The notes beneath the pieces were generated by a model. The model was not told the origin of the DNA, did no database searches, and saw only the letters and a list, made by a program, of their open reading frames with translations. A stretch of 64,000 nt of DNA from Trichoplax adhaerens (Eukaryota; Animalia; Placozoa). Both the position numbers and the translations under genes were made by a program. Location: positions 10,974,878-11,038,877 of the forward strand of contig NW_002060943.1 of assembly GCF_000150275.1 (NCBI RefSeq), read 5' to 3'. This document shows, one piece after another, positions 52,778 through 64,000 of this stretch (the first letter of the stretch is position 1; every line of letters starts with the position of its first letter).

Positions 52778-55700
52778 TTAAAAGATTTTCCCTCTATCGC
52801 GTGCCTCGAATTTCCGCCAATAAGTAAATGCCATCCAGTTTTCCCATGCTTCCAATTTTGATATATTAATATTTTTTCTTGATATTTGGATAGTAGCTGA
52901 AAAAGAAGAATCAAATTTTTATGATATGACTACGTAAGCAGAATTACGACGCAATAGTAAATGAGAAGGTAAGAGTAATAGGTGAACTTACTTGTATTAT
53001 CATCAAATTGTTCCTTATGGCGGTGGCTATATTTAGCCCAAGCATATTTTAATAGTCGATAAAAATGTACTATTATTATGAATGGTGCTGGCAAAGCAGG
53101 TTTTTTTACAAATTCTGTGATCAAAGTATATCGTTGTGATTTCCAGATGATATCGGAATTCTCTTGAACTTTAACATAAGTATCACTGAAAAGGAGATAA
53201 TCAGAAAGAGTATCAATACAGTAAAAGTATTAAGTAAATGAATTCGTTTTTCAGTATTAATCAATATAATATCTGCACTTTAGTAATTAAGAAATGTAGA
53301 TTAATTAGCAAATGATAATTTCAATGAGGTTTTATCCTTATAAAATATTTTAGATATTTTGTACTGAAATTAATGTTATAAAAACAATACTAAAATTATT
53401 GCACAAGAAAATCAATCGAATAAACTAATGCAACTGCGGTAACTTTGGTCTATAGTTTTATCTTCTCTGAGCAATAAGGAATTTTTATAATCCATACATT
53501 AATGCATCATATTACTGTAAATATACGGAATATACCACAATAAATCTACGCAATGATTCAGCTAACTACAGTAGTTATGTGCTAAATAGGTAATACAGCG
53601 ATAGTATCTGGTGTAGAACTGTCTATCTTAATTAATAAAGTAAATGTTGCTAGTACGGCGAAATAGCTCACTTGTACACTACCACATACTATATTTTAAT
53701 AATTCAGAACTTTGAGTTGTCGGATTTCGAAGCTAGGATTAAAATTCGTGCGCTACATCATACTAGTATTTATGGACATTCTGAATAATTTTGCAGTCGG
53801 TTCCCCTCTTTTAAACTAATTTAATAAATATTTACTAATCTAACTTAATTTTCTAAATAATACTCAAATGTTTCAAAAACTTACTTAAACACAGCGATGA
53901 GTAAGTTGAGAAGTAAGATATTAGTTACCAATACGTAAAAGCCTAGCAACCATGGCATAATCCATGCATTGTGAACACATTTTTCATTTTTGCCAATTAA
54001 AGTTGTATTAGGGCAGTTTCCATTCGTGACTAAATCAAGAAAGAATTCGCCCAACATCTGGTAGTATGGTTTGTATAAAACTTTGCCGACAAGTGTAATA
54101 TCCCATGGTGAGTTTGGATAGAGTAAAGCTTGAGAAATTACTCCATAAGATACCATAAATATGGATAGAATTATTAGAAACCTGGCTAAGTCGATGGTCT
54201 AAGAGTAAGGGTATTATACAAAACTGATTAGAACTTGAACAATTGAGTGTGACTAATTTAGTCTCATCACTTATCGTAATCAATTTATCAGCTAATTAGC
54301 ATTAAGCTTATGTAGTTTAAGTTAAGAAATTCGCTAAGTATTTTGTAGGTGCAGTATTTACCATCCTTCCGATCATTACCAAAAACGGACCGAATGAACG
54401 ACTAACTGCTAAAGCTCTCAAAATCAATAAAGCGAATGTAATAAAAGATAAGCAATACAAAATTCGAGCAATTTCAAAGTTTGTTGTACTAAATCTTAAA
54501 CCCAGTCCAGTGTAGAACAATATGAATGCAACGATAATAGTAATATTGATAACTTGAGATATATAAGATTTGAATTTTAACAGGTTGCTTTCAGCATCCG
54601 TGGTAATCAGCTGTAAAAGATGAATCGAATTTTCAAAAAAGTTAGAATGAATGTCCGATAATTATAATATAACATACTCACAATCATAGAAATATTTGTT
54701 TTGACATCTGTGCTGTATACGTGTGATTTAGCATTTGTCTCATTACACTATGTTAGATAATTGCGTTACCTGTCGTATTTCATCACATACTAATGTCGAC
54801 ACCCATATCACCGTTACAATTTCTGTACCAGCCATGTATGACGTATAGAGAGTCGACATTAGCACATTCGCAAAGAGTACCAAAAAACTGATATCGGATA
54901 GCTATTTCAAATGGTAGTAAAACAATATCAGTAATAATATACTGTAATTAATTACAATAGGCTATTCTAGTAATGCCATCTTTACATCGATATTCGAATC
55001 ATAAAATTGATGGTACCACAAATATATCATTTTAGCATTGATATAAAAGAATTAAAAAATATCACAGCATAACTATCACTGCTAAATTTATTTATAGTAA
55101 AAAATAATCTTACTGTATGAATAAAGAATTTAGCTCTCGCAGAATTCCAAATTTTTATTAGCTTGATTAGTATTAGAAATAGAAAAGCCAGAGTTGAATA
55201 GGAACTTCGACTTTCGTCATCAGAATCATGTTCCTTTTCGGATTCCTGCGGACTGATTATCACGGCTAATTCATCATTGTTGCCATCATAATTAATTGGT
55301 TCTACAGCTTTAAATCTTTGTAAAACCGTTGGCTGTAATAGTTATAATTTAGGAGATCGTTAAGATAACGGTTTTTAAAATCATCTGGCTGACTTAATAA
55401 GCATTTATTAAAGTTAGATAACAGCAGAGCGATCGAAACTAAGACTTAAGATATTAATATCAATAATTAACTGCACGGGAATAATACTGTAGCGAATAAA
55501 ATGTGATAGTCCCAGAATATAAACTCTATTTACGTGAGTTTGCAAATTGCAATTGTAAAAGTATTAAATTTATAGTAATTTACTACTTTCTTAAAGAATT
55601 AGGAAGTAATTAATAGGCCATAATATTATAACAGTTTACCATACCTGATCAGTCCACAAATTATTTAAAATTTGCTGATAACTTGGCTCCGCTGTAAAAT

Positions 55701-58700
55701 GTTGATTGACAGTGGTAGAAGATAATTGTACTAGGTTGCAACTTCCCCATTCTGGTATCTCCATTCGTAGTAAAATAAATGTGCCTTCTTTATCATCTGC
55801 ATAGCAAGCTCTTAATAACTGAATAGCATGATTATGGAATTCCCTGCAAAACATTATAAAGATAATAGTAAGACAATAAATATCATAAGGTTATCATACA
55901 CCTTCCGATAAGTAGATACTGCGCTACATTCAACAGATCGGTAAAAAATATTTCAATCAACAAATAACTCTTTCATATAAGTTATCCTGACAAAAATACA
56001 AGTATAAGTTAAATGTCTTAACATTTAATAATAATGTTGGACATGCAGTTACTATCGTATCGATATAATACTCAACTCCGCTTTTTGCTCCATTTCCTTG
56101 CTTTTCTCTGTTTCTCCCATTTCATTAGCTACTTCTGATAATTTGAGTAGTAAATGTCTAGCTATCATCGCTGCTGCAATTGGGTACTTAACCTTCTTTA
56201 ATAAATATGCAGCAACAGCCAGTCGGTTGCACAGCACTGCCCATAAAAAGTAGTCATGTGTAGGCCATTGTAAGTCTTTTGCAATTAAGTATGTGCTAGA
56301 AAGTAGGCTAACAGAATCTTCTAGGTCATCTGGTTGATTATTATTTTCGATTGGCGTCAACTCTATTTGAACTAATTCCTGAGTTTCATCAATATTTTCA
56401 CTCAATTGACTGACGGATCGAGCATCTTCCACTATAATGGGGACAGAGCTTATTTCTTTACTTGAAGTTTCAAAATTAGCATAAGGATTCCAAAATCCAA
56501 ATCCTATCAACTCTTCAATGACTTCTCCAATCTCACTTAGTTTGTCGATTAAAATATTCTAAAGTAACCACATAATAATACTTATCTAGTAAGCATACAT
56601 GAAAATTAAAGCAAGATTTTAATGGAGTCAGTTATAAAATTTCACTCCGCATACCTTACTCTGAACCTTGACTGCTATACCCATAGAATTCCTAAATAAA
56701 CGTTTCAGCACTAAATTACTCCGGAACTTTTATTCTATTATATTTCAAGTAGAAGATAGCAAAATTTAGTAAAAAATATCTCACTCTATGCAAATAAGAA
56801 AGCTTTAGTAAAGAGTTGAAATCTTTAAAATTTTCTATCTATTACATATAGCAATTATGTAGCATGCAATAATTAAGTTACAGTGCCAGTTATCATTCGT
56901 TTAAAAATTAAGTATACAGTATACACTTCAAGGAAAATCTGCTCTATACGTGTAACTACGGTATATTGATAACCGCTAATCTGCTACAGAGAATTTCACT
57001 GAAAATAAAACAAAAATAAACTTTTATTTGTATTAAATTACCATATGAGCATATAAATTCTTTAAAATAGGTGTCGTAAGGATTTGTTCAACAGTCAATG
57101 AACTGTTTAGTATGTCTGTTATAAAGTCCACTCGGTCGTCGATTAGAGCTTCTTTGATAGCCGATTCTAAGTCATTTTGTTCTATATTCTATTGGATTAC
57201 AGTAATAGGATGTTAAAAAATCTAGCACTACTTGTAGGTAAAACTTGAAACAAAATATCATTGATTTTTATTAAAATTTGTTTAATTACACATTTTAATT
57301 AATCTAACCACTTTATCCTATCGATATCAAACTATTTTAGTAATACTAAAAGACAATTTCTTAACCTGATTGCTTATCAACCCGAGAATCTGATCCTTTG
57401 CTAAGTATAACTTATTAAATTTTGATGCAATTTCCACTTGCTGGGTATCTTCAATGGGGTCCAATCCATCTGAAAAAAATTATACAATTAGCTCACTATA
57501 ACGGTAATTATCAATATGTAAATTTTAGTTACGATTTAAATCTTGACTTAAGAAACGATTTCAATAATTTGCGGTAGTAAAAATTCCTTTGAAATGAGTA
57601 AAGTTAGCAATAAGTGTTTATTTACCCTTCATTAAAGCTTGAATCATTGCAACATCCATTGAGCCTTCATTAATGTCGTAAACAAGCAGCTGAAAGTAAT
57701 ATCGTGGAGGATTATTATAATGTAATAAAATATATCTTCTAATTACGTTCAAATCAGCCTGCTTAGTAGGCTGAAGTTCTACATCAATCAATATCATGTA
57801 ATGTGAATTCAATTATTTAATGTGCAGCAAATATATTTTAAAATAAATTCTATTACAGTAGTACTTACAACATCGCGATAAACCATCAAATCGCTAATTT
57901 TACGATAACATTCGGTAATTTCCGTAAAATTATAATGATCAGAAAAATTGAAAGCCTTCCTTAAGAAGGCCTTAATTAGTCTTTCACTATTGCGGTCGAT
58001 GGTGTAATTGTTGACCCTGAATTAAATTGTAATAATAATTATCGTTATGAATTCTTAGATATCATTTTAGTGGCTGTTTAAGTTGTGAGCTAATTGTAAT
58101 AAATCATTATTCTCATATTGCATTAAATCATGTCCTCCGTTCCATTATGATCCACTATTACAAGTCGTAAATTAGCTTTCGTTTAAACAGCTGATTCCAT
58201 ATCTTCTATAAATTTTTATAGCTACTATTGTAAAGGACAAGGAATATCCACTATGATCATTTTATAGTTCATGAATACTGGTCACGTTATATTGCAGCTA
58301 GACAGAGATTCAACTCAAAATCGTTTAAATTATCTAACTAAAAAAAGCAAATGTCATTCTACTATGATTGAAGTATGATTAGCTTTCTTTTATAAATAAC
58401 TCTATGACTGCATGGCGTTGCTCGCAAATAGTTGGTTTCCTGAGCTTAAGCTTAGATTGCGATCATGACCAGGGTCTATGTGTGACTACTATTGTTTATA
58501 TTTATCTTCTTCATTACGTATATGTTATATCTAATATTACTGTAGACGCATTGGGACATACTCTTTGCCTCGATGATCTTTAACCGTTTCATCTACGACA
58601 CAATTTTCATACGCTAAGACCAGTAAATCCGCCGCACCACCGCTATCTTTAACCAAAACGATAGGAAAATTGAGTCGATGTACATCCTTACTGTAAATTT

Positions 58701-61700
58701 TGGTAGTATAAATTGCATGATGAAGTTTTAAAATGGTATTGTAACCGCCTCCAAATACGATATGAATAGAAGGAATATCGCAAACTGCAAATAAAAATAA
58801 AAAAATACTCTATTAAGTATAAATAATTAATTGGCTAGAACATTACGAAAATATTAAGGTTATTCAACTGCCTTGATTGATTATTGTGAGATTTAAACTA
58901 ATTGGATAGCTACTGTGCTACTATATGATAGACTAAATACAGTTACTATAAAACTTAACTTTTAAGTACTCTAACTTTAGATAATCAATAAGTCATGATT
59001 TCACCCATTATTGCAGTAATTGTTGCAATAATATTACATTCTACTTTGAAAAGCAAGACTCACCATATAAATATTCTCCCATTAGAAGTGCACGGACGTC
59101 TCCTTTACCCTTTTCATAAGCTTCATTAGTGCTTTGCCTATCATTCTTCTTATTCTGTGAGTCATCTTCAACAATTGTGGTGCTAACACTTATCACAGTG
59201 TTTCGTTCAAGAGCATCATCATCTATATTTACTGTTTTAGTGCGAGCATTTACAATACTTCCTGGTCGATGGGGAGCGCTCACAATACTTCCTGGTTGGG
59301 CAGAAGCGTGTACATTCTGTCTTGATCGATTACGAGTACCAGCAAGAGCACCTTGTCGAGAGAGAGTACGTGATCGAGCAGGAGTATCTTGGATACTTTC
59401 TGCTACAGTTTGGTCATCTACGATACTTGGTGCTTTAGCCAGGCCATCAACCCGGTTTGCTGCACGAGTAGGACCACTAATAGTACTTGTTCCAATACCA
59501 CTGCGACCAGGACCATCGACCATATTGTCTTTTCGTAATTGGGTAGGACCTCCAATAGTACTTCCTGCTCTAATACGGCTACGATCATCAAAAGCACTTG
59601 CTGCTGAAGTAGGATCAATATTGAGGCCATCTTCATTATCATTCTCGATTTCTTCAACATTCTCACCATTATCAATAAATACAAAGTAATTAAATATAGG
59701 ACTAAGTTTAATTGGAAAATCAGGTTCCTCATATGTCATCAAGATTTCTTCTTTACTAGTTTCCTGTAAATATTAATGATGACATGTACTTTAAATTTGC
59801 TACTCTATAAAGTAATTAATTAAGTAGTTATTATTGACATTGTCTTAAGGGTGAGTATTAAGTCAATAATTTATCATATGAGTCATAATATCAGTTGGCG
59901 TACTAAGCTTACATTATAATGCGTGAAATTATACTAGAGATAAAAATTCTCGTATCGCTCGATTTTTAAGAGCTATATTATCCGTGTAGTAAGCGGTATA
60001 CATACATTCTATACGGTGCATATGTAATCAATCGTTAAAAATTTTAGACCTTATCATCAGTGACGGATCTTGGCTTCCAATTGGCATATCCTATTATCAT
60101 ACTTTGATCAGAGTCAAATTCTGCACTCCCTTCCATCGATTCGCCAATAAATTGTATAAATCCACGGTCATCGTTATCATTTGTCATTAATAATGCATTC
60201 ATTGAACCAACCGCTTTCGAAATGGCAAATCCAAAAATTTTCTTCAGTTCAGGATTAATACTATCTTTTTCTTGAATACCGCCTTCTAGTGCAATTACCA
60301 AACCGGGTGATGACATACCCCAATACCAGCGCAATAATATCCTTAAGTCAACAGCTGGAGTGTTTGGTTTAATTTTCATAAACTGTTAAGCATCAAGTCA
60401 AGAATATTATGTATTTAGTCAGCCCTCATCAACTCAATTATCGATGATAACCAATGAAATAGTAATATTCTATTCATTGTTGAGTTCATCAGAAAGATAA
60501 TGTATGAATATTGACATGCTATATCCTCTTGTTCTATCTCGTTCTCTTTAAGTTGTACAGCGCTTGATAAAGCGCAATTTTGTGCAGATATCCAGTTACA
60601 TCCTCATTATCTTATATTACCTTTGATGTTTTGACTTTTCCATTTTCTAAGGTAAACTTAATTTCACCTCCTCCAATGAATCCCCTTCGGCGTATTATGT
60701 GAGGTAGTTGTTTCTAATTAGTAATAAAATGAATTACATATCTATCAGTATAGGATAAATCTAAAAGCACATAAATGATAAGGAAATAGTGCATATATTT
60801 AAGCTGCACGAGTAAATAAGTTTTGAAAATCATTTTGTCTATACATCATTAATATAATTCTTACATTCATAAATCGTACTATTACATCCACAATTTCCCT
60901 ACTATCATTCTGGCGAGCAATATCAAGAGGAGTCTCTAGCTTCTATACTCAGATAAAAAGCCGTCATTCATCGATAAAGTAGCAATCCTAACCACGATAG
61001 ACTAACTGGCATAATACAAAGAGCGCTAATAACACTGGTTATAACAAAGTTCATAATAGGGTATCTAAACTATTTATAGAGTCGTTTTAAATAGATATTA
61101 CTTGATTTTTCCATATTTGTCTCATTACTATTTAATCATAAATTATAGTACAAACCTATCTTTCTGCTATCATTAAACTGTAATATTTTTAATAATACAA
61201 AGTAGTAGCGATCATCTGTTTTATCACTCGTTGTAATGAAACTTACACGAATCTCTAGTCATTAATTTACTAAATATTTCATGTATTGCAGCCACGAAAT
61301 AACTGCTTTAGTAGGAACTCGAAATAGTATTATAAAATACTAAATATTTCAATTATTATAATCTATTATCTTGTTTATGCTTAGATTAGCAGTATAAAGA
61401 AAATTACACTGAGCGGTAAAGTAAGATATAAGAATGAGTTCTGGACAGTATATACGATTCCAATGAGCCATCAATTGTAAATTTTATCATAAATTAGCGT
61501 GTAAGATTTACATTGTTAAAGATTCCAATATTTCGATCACCATTTGATTTAATTTCGTAGAAATTCATCAGTAATTCCATACATTCAACTCGTTCATTCA
61601 AGGCAGCGATGTGCAATAATGATTGTCCTTCAGGCAACTTTTCATAAAACGCTTTTAAAATCTATATTAGAGGTATACAGGTTCATATGAAAAATAGTAG

Positions 61701-64000
61701 AAGTTGGATAGATTTAATTAAAGATCATGAACGAAGACAAAAAAGTTAGCGTACTATAGAAACAAATTCACTAAGCTTGATTCAGTTATATACAATTTAC
61801 AACGTTATCAAAATAAATCGGGTTAAATTTTCATACTTCAGGATCCCTGCTATAAGTTAGATCTTGAAGTGTCTTAGATTTCCCATACTTAACTCCAACA
61901 TATAATGGTGTTTCACCTGCAGTCTAGCGTTCAATATTATACGAGAGCTGAGTGAAATGAGCACTAATATAATTTGAAAGATTTTTCTATTTTTATAAAT
62001 ACTTAATTACGTTGGAGTAATGAGAGCATGACCTACATTTAGCGATGTCATATTGGCACCAAAACGAAATAATGTGTTCATGCAGTGGATCTCGTCATCT
62101 CTAATTGCCTTATGCAAAGCAGTTTCATCATTGCTATCCTTATCCTGTAAACAAGGTATTGTAATACTTACATGTTATAGGCATAAACTGATACCAAGTG
62201 ACAAGTATTTAAAGCCGTAGAACACAGTAAATCAAAAATATCATTTTCTACAAAATTACGTAGCCAACAGACTTACACGAATGTTAATTAGATTATCATC
62301 ACAAAGAGCCTGTAAATATCGGTCTTTGCCATCTTTAGCAGCATTATACACGTCCATAGTAGTAGCCTATTATTACGGCGTATAAAACATTTGTTGCAGA
62401 ATTAGTCGAGTCAGGTAGTAATAAATTAATCAAGTTCTACATTTTACGAATATTTTATTACTTAACGACAAGTCTCGTACAGGTAAGTTAAATATGATAA
62501 ATTACGTTCCTACCCGCTGAGATATCGCTTTTGATTTATCGCATGCTAATAAAAGCGTATTACAACTTTCGTGATTGCGTTCTTTTGCCAACTGTTGAGG
62601 AGTTCTAGCATCCTAAAATAGTAGTAAGTAAACCAAAGTAGTGCATTATACCTATTTTGTACTTCAGTATTTTAAAATTTTCACCGCTTTCTTCACTTCG
62701 ATCATATATCGTATAAAGATAATTTGATGTATTACTCACTATGATCATAAGTAGACCAGTATTGGTAATAATAATGCTATTATTTAAGGTTAAAAAGATA
62801 GATAATAACCTTATTTAATAAAGTTGTGTCTAATCTATTTTCTATTAACCAATCTAAGATTTCATAAAAGCCCAAGGCAGCTGCCATATGACATAAATTA
62901 TTGCCGTTCTATGCAAATTTTTTCCAAACAGTTAGCAATTGTCGGCAGGATACATTGCAATTTGAAAAAAGTAGTAAAGATTAACTGTCAGTGTAATAAC
63001 AAATCTTAGTGGTATAGAGTACTTAGAATACTAATAAACCTGCAATTACCTCATCTAGAACATGGATATCGACATCTTTAGAATGTAGCCATTTCAGAAG
63101 TTCAACACGATTATTTTCAACAGCTATAAAACAAATATTCCGCTTTCCCTGTAGAAAAAATTTTTTATGTTGTTGTGAGTTGTATTGAAGTTGAGATAAT
63201 CTTCATTAATGAATCTATTCCTAAATTTAAAGTTTAGATAAATAAGCGTAATCATACAACCTTATCTCGCCAGGAAAGATCAACATCATGGTCATTTAAC
63301 CATTCCAGGATTTCTTGATGACCTTTGACTGCTGCATAGTAGGTTAGAGTTCGATCTTCCTATTGGTAAATTATCATAAGTGATGTAAAAATGAGAATTT
63401 CGTTGAAATAACAGATTTGAAGCCTCTGAACTTATTATAACAGCAATTCTGTCCTACATCAAAATTACAAATTACACCCTAATAACACTACGTGATATGA
63501 TATACATTAATGGTACAAGTAAAACATGTTAGAACAGTTAATTATTCTTAGAATTAAAGCTTATTTCATACCTCATCTAATTCGTAAATATCGACTCCCT
63601 TTTCATAAAGCCATTCCAAAATGTTTAAATGGCCTTGATCAACCGCGTGCCTAATCAGGCTCCAGCCATGCTGAACAATATAGAATATATTTTTTGTTAT
63701 TAATGTTCGTTATTACGTCTACTTATTGACTGTTATAACTTATATCTAATACTGTATGTGACCAAAATTACTGTCGAGTTATTGTTAATTACATAGGTGA
63801 ATAAATAAATAATTTAAATACAACGATTCTGTAGCGTTGGTAGTAGAAATCTTAAGAAATAAAAGCTTTTTGATATTATACTTAGACTTTGAGCAAACAA
63901 TTGGTCACCTTTTACTAACTAATAAACGGAAACATAACACTACTCCCACATTAAATATCACAAATTCAACCTTATCAGTGCAGGCAATGATTGCTCCATG
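52778..64000 (-). CDS. Ankyrin-repeat TRPM-like cation channel, paralog B (5'-partial; runs off the window end)
   Basis: Ankyrin-type exons at ~63971-64000, 63573-63671, 63261-63359, 63050-63148, 62810-62908, 62514-62612, 62277-62366, 62037-62144, 61837-61923, 61512-61661 and 60865-60942. Then 60621-60713 (GGGEIKF...SK), 60050-60382 (FMKIKP...[17 protein letters not shown]), MHR exons, S2 [16 protein letters not shown], pore [25 protein letters not shown] box WKSQRY, and last exon 52896-52778 ([25 protein letters not shown]). Confidence 0.85.

Noticed and set aside
59129-59732. 186-aa + strand ORF and 104-aa alternative-frame - strand ORF
   Set aside because: Both overlap the in-frame SLOG insertion exon of paralog B and have no independent splice or domain support.
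26392-64000. Assigning the symbol TRPM2 or TRPA1 to the channel genes
   Set aside because: The TM and MHR regions are TRPM-type, which excludes TRPA1, but NUDT9-H and the coiled coil are absent and orthology needs a phylogeny.

Overview
AT-rich eukaryotic genomic DNA with many short (~80-150 nt) GT-AG introns. This fits a compact early-branching animal genome such as the placozoan Trichoplax, but the organism is an inference. The ORF track shows only exon fragments; splicing them by hand gives three genes. (1) + strand, ~2053-25042: a giant type-I membrane protein with a signal peptide, two tandem copies of an [18 EGF + 8 SRCR + 1 Ig] super-unit, then SEA, 3 EGF, a TM helix and a short tail ending ENPYS...VSNF*. 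(2) - strand, 47063-26392: a complete TRPM-type channel with an unexpected architecture. It has a Pro/Thr/Ser/Lys-rich N-terminus, an FBXL4-N-terminal-like (discoidin-like) domain and ~18 ankyrin-type repeats spliced in frame onto the SLOG/MHR1-4, S1-S6 and TRP box. It stops just after a WExWxAFxYWRK motif, with no coiled coil and no NUDT9-H. (3) - strand, >64000-52778: a tandem paralog (5' end outside the window) with the same ankyrin-to-TRPM junction and the same truncated C-terminus, plus a ~185-aa insertion in its SLOG domain and a degenerate Ca2+ site. The ankyrin-TRPM pair is the most striking system in the window.
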